A stretch of 64,000 bases of DNA. Origin: an uncultured bacterium. GTDB lineage: Bacteria; Hydrothermota; UBA3073; NMUJ01; CBEVQO01. Below are positions 29,932 to 40,261 of this stretch, in pieces; the first letter of the stretch is position 1; each line of letters begins with the position of its first letter. The notes under the pieces are model-generated. The model searched no databases and was not told where the DNA came from. It worked only from the letters and a program-made list of their open reading frames with translations. The stretch is taken from contig CBEVQO010000007.1 in the NCBI GenBank assembly GCA_965552055.1, positions 41,005 to 105,004 on the forward strand. Reading direction: 5' to 3'. Both the position numbers and the translations under genes were made by a program.

Positions 29932-32900
29932 TATCTTACTATTATTATCTTATCGCAGTAATCAAAAGATTTTATTCTCACAAAATATACCCCAGATTTT
30001 AATTGTGCTTTTTCTCTAAAGTGATTCTTGCCTTCTTTTAATTTCATATAAAAAGCTTTTTGTAATCTACCTGCTACATCATAAATCTCAACTTTAACAT
30101 TTTGACTTTCCGGTGTCTCAAAATAAAAATTAAGGATACTTTTTGATGGATTTGGATATATGTGAATCCTTCTCAATTTTTCAACTTGCTCTTTTTCTTT
30201 AATGGTATCACCTATGAGATACATAAGTTTAACATCATCCACAAAAAATCCAGTACTTACTTCACTATCTCCATCTGCTACAAATCTAAATCTCAATTGC
30301 AAGGTTTCTCCTTCAAACTCACTTATATCATACTCCGCATAGCACCAGTCATGACCCATGGTAAGTGAATCAAGAGCACCACCTGTTCCTGTGTAATCAA
30401 GGGTTGCAAAAGGCAAAGAGTCATCCTTCACAAGTTCAACATACATTCCATCGCACCCATAAATCGGCACATCAAACTTGTACCAGAAACCAATTTTTGA
30501 ATCCTTTGTCACGATAAAAGAAGGAGATACAAGAGAGGCATCCATATTGTCTCTGTATTCCTGCGTTACTTCATCACCACAATAATAGCTGTAAGAACCT
30601 GAATGAGATGATAAATTTGTCCTGTGCCACAAACAATTTTTGCCATAAACCTTCCATTCAACAGTATCTTCAAAATCATAAACTTTTATCCTATCCCCAA
30701 CAAATATGTAAAAGGTAATTGTGTCAATTTCGCATCTTACAAAAGAATGCAAACGCCAGGGAGGAGAACCCGTTTTATCCACCCATACAGACAATGTGCA
30801 GATTTGATAAGGTAATAATTTTACGATTAAATCATGTGGCGAAACATTCGCATCGGATACACTTATTTCTAATGTGTCAAAAAGCGTATCAAGCCCTTTA
30901 TTGCTTATCACCACATATAAAGAGCCAGAATAATCAGGAGTGATTCTTTCATTCAGATAATCAACAAAATGCAAAATCGGTTTCTTACCCACATATTTCA
31001 ATACAAATTCTTGATTTAATTTATCAGAAGTCAACATCATCTTTATAAGATAAATCTTACCATTTTGAATTTGTGATAATAAAAATCTGATGGAATCTGT
31101 TTTCGATTGACCTGATGGCAGAATTCCTATTTCTCTCAAGGTATCCAGTAGAATAATTGAATCTGCATAAAAATGACATTTCACATTTCGCAAAGTGTCT
31201 CCTTCATTCGAAAGGTTAAAGCGTATTTTAAATGTATCCCCTTCTTCTATCACATAATTTAAAGACACAAAATTTACCTGTTTTATGTATATTTTCTTCT
31301 GACAGGGAATATAATTTCTCTTCAGACATGTGACTATCAGAGTACCCGGCGAATATGTTGTGAAACTGAAAACTCCTGAACCAGATAATGTATCAACGAT
31401 ATAAATTTCCGTATCCTTCAAAATACAAATTCTCACATTGTTTAAAGGCCTATTTTCCGAATCAGTCACCGCAATATTTAGAGTGATATCACCTTGCGGT
31501 ATTGTATCCTGTGTTATAATTTGCATCCCTTTTGGTTTTTCTGTCCACACTTTCATTGCCGGGTCGCCAAATAAATTTATCTGAAATTGATGCCACCTAT
31601 AAACATTCGAATCATGTGATAAAGGAACATAATAAGATTTGGCAAAAGATAGCACATCACCTATTCTTTCAACAGAATCTTTGAAAATTTCATAAAAAAT
31701 CCTTTTGTCAAACTTGTCAGAATATCCATAGCCGGGATTACCGGGAGAACCCCATCCATACCTTGAATTCGCAATAAAAGCAACAGCTCCGCCTTTACTT
31801 GTCTTTGTATAACATTCGGCAATAGAAACATAATCAAGCGCCCCAACCCAGCATCCAATCGACACCCACACAACAGGCATATCAGAATTTGTAAAAGATA
31901 AGGTATCTCCATTGAATAAATAATCTTCACCTATACACATTATATACCACCAGCCATGTCCATCGTGATTTACAAAATTCTTACCGGAATTTATAGATGA
32001 AAAGAAATGTGCAGAATCTTCATTACCATAAGATTGATATAGTTTATCAATCTCAAAATAAGGTGGTAAAATTTCACAAATCATATCTTTGCCTATCCCT
32101 GCATCGGTGTAAGGTTCATACCACAAAATTTCACCCAACATCAATGCTTTATTTTTTGAAGATTTGTGCGGATACTTTTCATATTTCAGGATTTTATTCA
32201 CAAAAGTAACAGCTTCCGAATAGTTCCTTACCGGAGCCCTTCCGATACTCAAATCAGGATACAAATCAACGCTATCTTCTACCTCACCAAAAACACCATC
32301 TCCATCTCTATCCCAATCGCCATCAAGGTCAGCATAGTAAAGGTCACAGGGAATATCATTTTCGTTTGGCATAATGCCTGCCTGACAATCAAAAGCATAA
32401 GCATACCTTACAGGGATAATGGGATGCGCACCACCCAGCAAAACATATTTTACACCGGAATCTTTAACTGCTTTTAAGTAATTCCTTATCTTTTCCTGCA
32501 AATCCCTTCCATGATAATTTTCCTCAATCCACTCAACGGTACGCAAAGCACAACGAAAACCCTCTTCCTCCCTCCACTTCAACAAAGGCAAAAAAGCAAA
32601 AGATAAACTATCACTCGTTATAATAAGATAATCAATCGAATTCAAAGTTTTATTTTTTGACTTTTTAGTCAAAATTTCGAATTTAAGGTCAGATATTTTT
32701 ATTAAGGTGGATTTTCTGGGGTTGTATTGCACAGGATACAGTTTCAGTAGCAGGTAATTCACATTTTTGATTTTTGCTTTCTCGTATTCGTAGATTTTCC
32801 CGGGATACAGGGTATCTTTTTCGTATATTTTTGCTTTTTTCACTTTTTTTGGTTTCAATTTTAAAATTACCTGTGGAGTTACGGGAGGAATTTCACCTTT

Positions 32901-33080
32901 TATTTTCTCTGTATCTGCTTTTATTTCTATTAAATTTATTTCGGTCAATTCTTCTTCTCCCAATTTTATCATTTTTATTACGACAGGAAGATTTGGATAG
33001 CCCGGTTTTGCTATCTCTTCTCCTTTTATATTTTTGCCAAAACTTATCTCGAGTATTTTAAAAATCAAAAAGGAAATCAT
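29931..33080 (-). CDS. C25 (gingipain-like) cysteine peptidase with T9SS-like C-terminal domain
   Basis: YVLLGG, DLYYADLDG, IGRAP, NHDGHG, IGCW, NSRYGW, LFGDP; tail IYPNP...IYDVAGR...SGVYFV. Confidence 0.88.
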   Translation of the reverse strand: MISFLIFKILEISFGKNIKGEEIAKPGYPNLPVVIKMIKLGEEELTEINLIEIKADTEKIKGEIPPVTPQVILKLKPKKVKKAKIYEKDTLYPGKIYEYEKAKIKNVNYLLLKLYPVQYNPRKSTLIKISDLKFEILTKKSKNKTLNSIDYLIITSDSLSFAFLPLLKWREEEGFRCALRTVEWIEENYHGRDLQEKIRNYLKAVKDSGVKYVLLGGAHPIIPVRYAYAFDCQAGIMPNENDIPCDLYYADLDGDWDRDGDGVFGEVEDSVDLYPDLSIGRAPVRNYSEAVTFVNKILKYEKYPHKSSKNKALMLGEILWYEPYTDAGIGKDMICEILPPYFEIDKLYQSYGNEDSAHFFSSINSGKNFVNHDGHGWWYIMCIGEDYLFNGDTLSFTNSDMPVVWVSIGCWVGALDYVSIAECYTKTSKGGAVAFIANSRYGWGSPGNPGYGYSDKFDKRIFYEIFKDSVERIGDVLSFAKSYYVPLSHDSNVYRWHQFQINLFGDPAMKVWTEKPKGMQIITQDTIPQGDITLNIAVTDSENRPLNNVRICILKDTEIYIVDTLSGSGVFSFTTYSPGTLIVTCLKRNYIPCQKKIYIKQVNFVSLNYVIEEGDTFKIRFNLSNEGDTLRNVKCHFYADSIILLDTLREIGILPSGQSKTDSIRFLLSQIQNGKIYLIKMMLTSDKLNQEFVLKYVGKKPILHFVDYLNERITPDYSGSLYVVISNKGLDTLFDTLEISVSDANVSPHDLIVKLLPYQICTLSVWVDKTGSPPWRLHSFVRCEIDTITFYIFVGDRIKVYDFEDTVEWKVYGKNCLWHRTNLSSHSGSYSYYCGDEVTQEYRDNMDASLVSPSFIVTKDSKIGFWYKFDVPIYGCDGMYVELVKDDSLPFATLDYTGTGGALDSLTMGHDWCYAEYDISEFEGETLQLRFRFVADGDSEVSTGFFVDDVKLMYLIGDTIKEKEQVEKLRRIHIYPNPSKSILNFYFETPESQNVKVEIYDVAGRLQKAFYMKLKEGKNHFREKAQLKSGVYFVRIKSFDYCDKIIIVR

Positions 33081-34180
33081 GAGTAAAATTCTTTTATTTT
33101 GTCCGTGATAAAGTGTATCTGTTCTTCTGTTATTTCGGGATACATTGGTAGTGATAATACTTCTTTTGCTAATTTTTCAGCAACAGGGAAATCTCCCTCT
33201 TTGTATCCAAGATATTTGTATGCTGGTTGAAGATGTAAAGGTATTGGATAGTGCACAAGTGCAGATATGCCGTTTTCATTCAGATACTTCATCAGTTTAT
33301 CTCTATCTTTTGCTCTTATCACATAAAGATGATATACATGTTTTGCGTAATCTGCTTCTCGTGGCAATATTACATCTGGCAAATCTTTTAATAATTCCGT
33401 GTATAATTTTGCTGCTCTCCTTCTTTTTTCATTCCATTCATCGAGATATTTTAATTTTACAAGCAAAATTGCAGCTTGCAGGTCATCCATTCTTAAATTG
33501 TATCCCTCAATATAATGTTCGTATTTTGTTGTCCTTCCGTGATTCTGTAGCAAATTTATTTTATCTGCAAGTTCTTTATCATCCGTTAACACCATTCCTG
33601 CATGTCCATAGGCATTTAGATTTTTGCTCGGATAAAAACTAAAGCATGATGCAATCCCGAAGCTTCCGCATTTTTTACCCTTGTATTCTGCTCCATGGGC
33701 CTGAGCTGCATCTTCAATCGCATAAAGCCCATATTTATCACAAATTTCTAAAATCGGATCAATATCTGCTGGATGACCATATAAATCGACAAAGATAATA
33801 GCTTTTGTATCTTTTGTTATCGCTTTCTCTATAAGGTTCGGGTCAATACAAAATGTTTTTTCCTCGCAATCTACAAATTTTATCTTTGCTCCTGCATGCG
33901 TTATTGCCTCTGTTGTTGCTATAAAAGTAAAAGGAGTTGTTATTATCTCTTTGCCTTTGAGTTCAAGAGCCATTAAGATAAGGTCAAGTGCTGCAGAACC
34001 CGATGCTACACCCACTCCATACTTCCTTCCGCAATATTTCGCAAATTCCTCCTGGAACTTTTTAATGTATTCGCCCGTGGTAAAGGCACCTCGCTCTAAT
34101 ATTCCACATATCGTTTTATCTATTTCTTCTTTAATCTGCCTGTATTGTGCTACAAGGTCTATTAAAGGTATTCTATCCAT
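33077..34180 (-). CDS. DegT/DnrJ/EryC1/StrS aminotransferase
   Basis: IEDAAQAHGA, SFYPSKNL, HVYHLYV, LSLPMYP; ATG 34180 has GAGGAGG SD. Confidence 0.94.
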   Translation of the reverse strand: MDRIPLIDLVAQYRQIKEEIDKTICGILERGAFTTGEYIKKFQEEFAKYCGRKYGVGVASGSAALDLILMALELKGKEIITTPFTFIATTEAITHAGAKIKFVDCEEKTFCIDPNLIEKAITKDTKAIIFVDLYGHPADIDPILEICDKYGLYAIEDAAQAHGAEYKGKKCGSFGIASCFSFYPSKNLNAYGHAGMVLTDDKELADKINLLQNHGRTTKYEHYIEGYNLRMDDLQAAILLVKLKYLDEWNEKRRRAAKLYTELLKDLPDVILPREADYAKHVYHLYVIRAKDRDKLMKYLNENGISALVHYPIPLHLQPAYKYLGYKEGDFPVAEKLAKEVLSLPMYPEITEEQIHFITDKIKEFYS

Positions 34181-36170
34181 GATACACCTCCTCAAGCACA
34201 TTTGTGCCAATTTGTGATGCATGAAAGTTTATCCTTTCAAGGTCACTTATAAGGTCCATATGCAATCTGCTTGTCTCCAGACTTTCTTTTAAGCCCCTTC
34301 TCAATCTTTGTAGATGTTTATTATGCAATTCTTTTAATAACTTATTCCCTTCTTCTCTTCTTTTTGCAAGATTTTCAGCAAGTGTTTTATCAAAAGATGT
34401 TAAAACTTCTGTTGCCATTTTTACGGATTGCGTGCAAAATGCATGAAATTCTTCAATCTCCTTAAATCCTTCTTTTGAGAAGACAAGTCCCAGATCTATT
34501 TTCTTCTTGGCGTAGTGCATCAAACTGTCGCTTATTATATCACCAATATGTTCAAGCTCATCAACAGCATAAAGAAGGGTTACTCCTCTTTTTGAAAGCT
34601 CCTCTGATATTTCTTCCTGTGATACTTTTGTTAGATATTTCCTTATTTCAATTTCAAGGATATCGACATCATCGTCTTTTTTCAATATTTCTTTTAATAG
34701 ATTTTCATCGTTGTTTTTAAACACATCTATTGTTTTTTGCATCATAAAGTTTACTATATCACACATTCTGTGTACTTCTCGCATAGCAAGTGCAATTGCA
34801 GATGGCGGACTCGAACTAACAATGGCTTCATCAAGATAAACAGGTTTTACTCTTTCTTCTTTTTCTTTTATCAATCCTTTGATTAATTTTTCGTAATATC
34901 TTAAAATCGGCAGGAAGAAAATCGCAGCCATAATGTTAAAAATAGTGTGTGCATTTGCTATCTGTCTTGGGACAGATTTTGCAGTTAGAGAAACTAACTT
35001 TGTAAATTGTGGTAAAAACGGGAAAACAATTGCAACGAAAATTATTTTGAAGAGAAAATGTGCGAGTGCTACCCTTTTAGCTTCCGATGACTTGCCTATA
35101 GCAGCGTTTATAGCGTTTATGCATGTCCCTATATTTGCACCGAAAATTATTGGTATTGCAGAATTAATATCTATAAGTCCCTGGAATGCAAAAGATAGTA
35201 GCATTGCTATTGTTGTAGCAGATGACCTTACTATTGCCGTAAGAATTAATCCGATTAATAATCCCACGAAACTGTTTTTGCAGAAATCACATAGAATTTT
35301 GCGAATATTAGGATGATAGCGAAGTGGAGAAAGCGAAGAGCTCATTAAAGAGATTCCAAAGAATATCATTCCAAATGCAAATATCACTCTACCGAGATAA
35401 TGTAAATTTCTTCTTTTTGAAAATGTCATCAGGAAAAATCCAATTGCCAGTATTCCGAGTGCATAGTTGAAAATTTTGAATGCGATTATCTGGACTGTTA
35501 TCGTTGTAGCGATATCTGCACCGAGCAACACTCCGAGTGATTGAAACAATTTTAAAAGACCTGCATGTGCAAAAGATACGAGCATAACCGATGTGGCAGA
35601 ACTCGATTGCGTTAACATCGTTATACCTATCCCAGATATTACACCGAGCAAAGGAGTTTTTGTCATCTTCCATAATATTTCCCTTATTTTACCACCAGCG
35701 AATTTCGTAAGCGATTTGCTACCAAAATTCAATCCATTCATAAAGATGGCAAGTCCGCCGAGTAAAGCAAGGAAAGATAAAAGTTTCCATAATTTATGTA
35801 AAACTATGAAGGAAAAAGATAATTTATTTTTTGCATTAGGACTCCATGCTTCCAGGAAATATTCTCCTGTTGCCTCTCCTGTGTATACACGGAATAAAGC
35901 ATATCCTCTTTCGTCGGTTTTGCAAACAGCAGGCACTATCTTTGTCTTTTTACCCGTTATCAAATTATCAAAAGGTTCTCCTTTCACCTCAAGATATACA
36001 GGGATATCTGGAACAGGTTTTCCTTTTTCATCAACAGCTTCAATAACTATTGGCTTTGGAAGATAGGATAAATGATGCCCAACCTGATGGTCACCCGATA
36101 TATCTCTTCCTGTTACATCGTGTGCTTTTTTTAAAATTACAGCATTTATTATGATGAGTAAGATAACCAT
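34173..36170 (-). CDS. Na/Pi cotransporter family protein with N-terminal Ig-like and C-terminal PhoU domains
   Basis: QSSSATSV, GADIATT, GANIGT, RQIANAHTIFN, LEHIGD. Confidence 0.9.
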   Translation of the reverse strand: MVILLIIINAVILKKAHDVTGRDISGDHQVGHHLSYLPKPIVIEAVDEKGKPVPDIPVYLEVKGEPFDNLITGKKTKIVPAVCKTDERGYALFRVYTGEATGEYFLEAWSPNAKNKLSFSFIVLHKLWKLLSFLALLGGLAIFMNGLNFGSKSLTKFAGGKIREILWKMTKTPLLGVISGIGITMLTQSSSATSVMLVSFAHAGLLKLFQSLGVLLGADIATTITVQIIAFKIFNYALGILAIGFFLMTFSKRRNLHYLGRVIFAFGMIFFGISLMSSSLSPLRYHPNIRKILCDFCKNSFVGLLIGLILTAIVRSSATTIAMLLSFAFQGLIDINSAIPIIFGANIGTCINAINAAIGKSSEAKRVALAHFLFKIIFVAIVFPFLPQFTKLVSLTAKSVPRQIANAHTIFNIMAAIFFLPILRYYEKLIKGLIKEKEERVKPVYLDEAIVSSSPPSAIALAMREVHRMCDIVNFMMQKTIDVFKNNDENLLKEILKKDDDVDILEIEIRKYLTKVSQEEISEELSKRGVTLLYAVDELEHIGDIISDSLMHYAKKKIDLGLVFSKEGFKEIEEFHAFCTQSVKMATEVLTSFDKTLAENLAKRREEGNKLLKELHNKHLQRLRRGLKESLETSRLHMDLISDLERINFHASQIGTNVLEEVYHG

Positions 36171-36610
36171 TTTTTAACTCTTTTCTCCAGCACTTCATAG
36201 TGTGTGCCTTCCCAGTAATATTTATCACAATTTGGGCAATATGCAAATTCCTCGTGCGTCCGGTAAACAAAAAAGGGAACTTTGCCCTTAACTTTGCTTT
36301 TATCAACAATTTGTAACTTTGCATTACATTCTATACATCTTGTAAATGGCTTTAAAACAGGTTTAAATTTTTCGATAATTTCCTTTATTTGTTCATCCAC
36401 TTTTTCCGATTTCAGGACAAAAATTTTGTCATTTTTCGGAAGATTATGTGCCCTTGTTAGAATTATCCTTCCTTCTTTTAATGCGGTTTCAAATAATTTT
36501 TTTCTATCGGGTTCCCTTATATAAATTGTGTCTATTCCGAGCAATCTAAGGGCTTTTGCTGTTTTGCCGAGCATGAAATCTGCTGCAAACTTCGGGGAAT
36601 TATTCATCAA
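36149..36610 (-). CDS. Mut7-C RNase domain protein
   Basis: FAADFMLGKTAKALRLLGID, RIILTR, RCIECN, CPNCDKYYWEGTH. Confidence 0.9.
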   Translation of the reverse strand: MMNNSPKFAADFMLGKTAKALRLLGIDTIYIREPDRKKLFETALKEGRIILTRAHNLPKNDKIFVLKSEKVDEQIKEIIEKFKPVLKPFTRCIECNAKLQIVDKSKVKGKVPFFVYRTHEEFAYCPNCDKYYWEGTHYEVLEKRVKKWLSYSS

Positions 36611-37166
36611 CTATTGGTCTTGTTCTCCTGTTACAATATTTTGCAGCTTCGTCTATTCCTTCTTCGATGTAAAGTTTTACTGTATTTACTGCAAGTTTTA
36701 TAACATCCTGCAATATTTCTTCTTCCTCCTCTGTAAAATTTTGCAAAACAAATTCCGATAAGCTTCCGATTACAGGACCTATCCCGATTCTTAATCTTGG
36801 AAATTCTATGGTTCCAAGTTCATAAATCACGGATTTAAGCCCTTTATGTCCGCCGCTCGAACCTTTTGTGCGTAAGCGTGCCCTCCCGAGCGGAAGCGAA
36901 GCATCATCGAGCACTACCAGAAAATTCTCAAGGTCAATACCTGTTTCTTCAACAACTTCCCTTGCAGCAAGACCACTGAGATTTACAAAAGTCATGGGTT
37001 TTACAAGTAATACATCTGAGCTCTCCCCGTAAACATAATTCCGTGCCATGCGATTTACAGGAATGGAAAGCTCCTTTGACAATGCATCTATTACCCTGAA
37101 ACCAACATTGTGCCGTGTAAACTGATATTCTTCGCCAGGATTGCCAATGCCAAAGATTACTTTCAT
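36600..37166 (-). CDS. pth: peptidyl-tRNA hydrolase
   Basis: GIGNPG, TRHNVGF, KPMTFVNLSG, GGHKGLKS, RLRIGIG. Confidence 0.97.
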   Translation of the reverse strand: MKVIFGIGNPGEEYQFTRHNVGFRVIDALSKELSIPVNRMARNYVYGESSDVLLVKPMTFVNLSGLAAREVVEETGIDLENFLVVLDDASLPLGRARLRTKGSSGGHKGLKSVIYELGTIEFPRLRIGIGPVIGSLSEFVLQNFTEEEEEILQDVIKLAVNTVKLYIEEGIDEAAKYCNRRTRPIVDE

Positions 37167-37786
37167 TCTTCTTTCTCTTCCTCTTTCTTTTCTTCTGCTT
37201 TTTCTTCGGGCTTTTCTTCTTCTGCTACTTCTTCTTTCTTTTCTTCCTCTTCAACTTTTCTCGGTGCAATGATGGTTGCAACTGTTTCGTCCGGAGGCGT
37301 TAATAATCTCCTGTTCCCAATATCTATATCTTTTACATGTAATGCTTCTTCAAGGTCAAGATGCGATACATCGACTTTAAATTCATGTGGTATATCTTCT
37401 GCAAGGCATTCAATTTCTATTTCGTGCAATATTTGTTCTAAAATGCCTCCTTTCTGCACACCAACAGGCGTACCTTCGAGTATCACAGGTACTTTTACTC
37501 TTACTTTTTCACCTTTCTTCAGATGCTGGAAATCCACATGTATCACCTCATCCGTAACGGGATGGAACTGCACTTCTTTTATCAATGCATCTTTTTCCTC
37601 ACCATTTAAACTTATCTTTACGATTTCATCACCAGCTTTAAGTACTTCCATAAACTCCTTTTTATCAATGGCAATATGAACCGTTTCTTCGCCGTGTCCA
37701 TACATCACAGCAGGTATTTTGCCCTGTCTGCGTAATCTTTTTGCTACCTGTTTGCCAACATCACGAAATTCAGCTTTTAACTTCAT
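37163..37786 (-). CDS. rplY: 50S ribosomal protein bL25/Ctc
   Basis: RLRRQGKIPAVMYG, QFHPV, HVDF, GVQKGG, acidic tail. Confidence 0.96.
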   Translation of the reverse strand: MKLKAEFRDVGKQVAKRLRRQGKIPAVMYGHGEETVHIAIDKKEFMEVLKAGDEIVKISLNGEEKDALIKEVQFHPVTDEVIHVDFQHLKKGEKVRVKVPVILEGTPVGVQKGGILEQILHEIEIECLAEDIPHEFKVDVSHLDLEEALHVKDIDIGNRRLLTPPDETVATIIAPRKVEEEEKKEEVAEEEKPEEKAEEKKEEEKEE

Positions 37787-37830
37787 ATCACCCCCAATCT
37801 ATATATAATCCATTTATTTCTTTGTCAAGC

Positions 37831-37869
37831 TTTTATAAAACTTGACAAACTGGTTTTACAAATAAAATT
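37831..37869 (+). repeat. 39-nt direct repeat copy 1, containing TTGACA-N15-TAAAAT
   Basis: TTTTATAAAACTTGACAAACTGGTTTTACAAATAAAATT identical to 38432-38470. Confidence 0.95.
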
Positions 37870-37893
37870 TTCTGTGTTAAAGGATAAAAAGAA

Positions 37894-38430
37894 ATGAAGG
37901 TATTTTTAATAATTATGTGCATGGAATTTCATTTTATTCCAATAAATTTAGATTTGGGGTTTTATGTTTCAACTGCGTATTTTTCAATTCGTTTTCTCCG
38001 CACAGATTTTAAGATAAAAGAAAGCACATTTAGTATCTCAGCAAATAGATGGGATGGGATTATTCACCATGGTCTTTATGAAAGTGTTTTTCCTTTGAGA
38101 TATATGTTTAGAAACTTTAATATAGAAGTCGACTGGCTTTACTATCAATTTGTATTGGGAGACGAATTTCAATTATCTGCTTATTTATGTCACGCTATCA
38201 GAGCAGGGATATCAAACCAATATATTTTTGGAAAGAAAGTTTACTTTTTGATTTCACCTCATATTAACATCATTGTGATTTATAAGCCATATTGTAATGA
38301 TACGGATTTTGGAATTTCAGCGGGTGCCGAAATATTTATTGGTGCAAGAACAAGGGAAAAAGGAACTGCAATTCGGCTTTTGATTACACAATATTGTAGT
38401 TGCATCCTTTTCTGGCTTTGCAATCTCTAA
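37894..38430 (+). CDS. hypothetical exported beta-rich protein (paralog of 38973)
   Basis: EFHFIPIN and LRTDFKIKE shared with third gene. Confidence 0.75.
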   Translation: MKVFLIIMCMEFHFIPINLDLGFYVSTAYFSIRFLRTDFKIKESTFSISANRWDGIIHHGLYESVFPLRYMFRNFNIEVDWLYYQFVLGDEFQLSAYLCHAIRAGISNQYIFGKKVYFLISPHINIIVIYKPYCNDTDFGISAGAEIFIGARTREKGTAIRLLITQYCSCILFWLCNL

Positions 38431-38431
38431 T

Positions 38432-38470
38432 TTTTATAAAACTTGACAAACTGGTTTTACAAATAAAATT
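38432..38470 (+). repeat. 39-nt direct repeat copy 2 (promoter), 5 nt before ATG 38476
   Basis: Identical to 37831-37869. Confidence 0.95.
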
Positions 38471-38475
38471 AAACG

Positions 38476-38976
38476 ATGGTGCTATTGTTTATAAGCGTGG
38501 TTGAACTGATACCCTATGAATTTTACCTGAATTATAATATCGGATTTTATGACAAAAAGCGTTTGGAAGAAAGTCCATATGAAGTGCATCCTTTTCCATT
38601 AAGCATAACTATCAGCAAAATGCAATATGAAAAAGGGAAATGGGGAATAGGTGCTAAAGTTTTGGAAATAGGTGGCACTGATTTGCCCTGGATTGGCTTT
38701 ATGAATGTCCTCCTGCAAACCAAATTTCAATTTCTTAAACTGGAATTAGAGTATTCACTCCTTTATGGAGTATGTCTTTGGATAGTTTATAGAGAACCCG
38801 GTTACGCGAAACTTTCACTTATTGCTGCGTATAAAGAGGGGATGACAAAAAGCATATTTTACAGGTTTCTGTTAAAATTTACATATATTTTATCCTATTA
38901 TGATGAAGATTACAGGATATGGGCGCACTGGATTTCGTTAGGAGTGGGCTTAAATTTCGGCCTGGAGGTTAAATGA
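38476..38976 (+). CDS. hypothetical exported beta-rich protein
   Basis: Aromatic alternating strands; ends ISLGVGLNFGLEVK; leaderless promoter. Confidence 0.7.
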   Translation: MVLLFISVVELIPYEFYLNYNIGFYDKKRLEESPYEVHPFPLSITISKMQYEKGKWGIGAKVLEIGGTDLPWIGFMNVLLQTKFQFLKLELEYSLLYGVCLWIVYREPGYAKLSLIAAYKEGMTKSIFYRFLLKFTYILSYYDEDYRIWAHWISLGVGLNFGLEVK

Positions 38977-39517
38977 AAATATTTTTGATAATTATGGCAA
39001 CCGAATTTCATTTCGTTCCCATAAACTTTGAGTTTGGATATCAATATTCTTTAAATGAAAATTTTTCATCTTTTAATTTTTCGCTTCGCCTTTTGCGTAC
39101 AGATTTTAAGGTAAAAGAAGATGTGTTCAGTATATCAATAGTAAAATGCGGAGCACCCGGTGCCCCTTATATAAGTCTTTTGCCATTAAGGTGTATGTCC
39201 AAACATTTTTATGTAGAAATCGAACCTTTTTCATGGTACTGGATTGAGCCATTTGAAGGTTCTCGTTGCCCCTCTTTGACAGCAGGGATATTTAATAAAT
39301 TCAATCTTGGCAAAAAAGCTTTCCTTTCGGTTTTGCCTTATGCTAATTTTCGTATGCTTTATGATATTGAATATGGAGAGACATTCCTCTGGTTTTTTTC
39401 AATTGGTGTTGAATTTGTGCAGGTGCCAGAACAAAAGATAAAGATGTGGCAATTCCTTTCTTGATTTTATACTATCTTCCTCCTCTCATTATTTTGCTTT
39501 TACTTTATAGCTCTTAA
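38973..39517 (+). pseudogene. paralog of 37894 with 1-nt frameshift near 39414 (uninterrupted ORF ends 39464)
   Basis: Homology GARTREKGTAI vs GARTKDKDVAI continues in a shifted frame to TAA at 39515-39517. Confidence 0.65.
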
Positions 39518-40261
39518 TTTTATCTTTTCTCCAACTTTTGCGTTCAAAAATTTACTGCAATCACCATTTGGCAAAGCGATTTCAAGCATACCACAACTAT
39601 CAATTATGCAGATAGGGGAATCTCCCTCATAACATCTCTTCAATCCTTTTATTTTAACTCCCTTTATCTCAACTTCAACATCTTCATTCAGCAAATTTTC
39701 CGAAATGTTTGTTATTAAATTGCCGAATCTGTCGATTGCTATTATTTTTCCTTCTATTTCATTTTCCCTGATTTCCGGTTTCGGAAATTCAATTAATTTT
39801 ATTTCCTTTAAGGGTTTGCCCAATTTATGGGGAGGTATGTCTTTTGCAAGGCGGGCTGATGCCGGTGCGAACACATCCCTTCCGTGAAAAGTATAACTTA
39901 TTTTGCCACGCACAGTTATTTCAAATGCTTCAAACTCTTTTTCTTCCGATAAAACATAGCCAAAAAGTCCGTTATCAGGTCCAACAAAATAATATTTCCT
40001 TGTCTTTACGATTATGGGTTTCCTTTGTGTACCTACTCCTGGGTCAACTACACACAAAAATACGGTTTTGGCGGGGAAATATCTGTAAGAGCGCCATAGG
40101 TTGAAAGCCCCAAGATGAATATCTCCCTGTGGTATCTCGTGTGTCAAATCAACAATTTTTACATCAGGAGCAATACTCAAAATTACCGCTTTCATTTCCG
40201 CAACATAGGTATCTTTTTGTCCAAAATCGGTCAATATCGCTATTATCCTGGATTCACCCAT
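39500..40261 (-). CDS. SAM hydroxide adenosyltransferase (DUF62, chlorinase/fluorinase family)
   Basis: LTDFG, VVDPGVG, GPDNG, TFHGRDVFAP, IDRFGNLITN. Confidence 0.93.
   Translation of the reverse strand: MGESRIIAILTDFGQKDTYVAEMKAVILSIAPDVKIVDLTHEIPQGDIHLGAFNLWRSYRYFPAKTVFLCVVDPGVGTQRKPIIVKTRKYYFVGPDNGLFGYVLSEEKEFEAFEITVRGKISYTFHGRDVFAPASARLAKDIPPHKLGKPLKEIKLIEFPKPEIRENEIEGKIIAIDRFGNLITNISENLLNEDVEVEIKGVKIKGLKRCYEGDSPICIIDSCGMLEIALPNGDCSKFLNAKVGEKIKLRAIK

Noticed and set aside
34181..34222. ORF-track N-terminal extension of DegT
   Set aside because: Lies inside the Na/Pi gene; ATG 34180 has a strong SD and matches the family start
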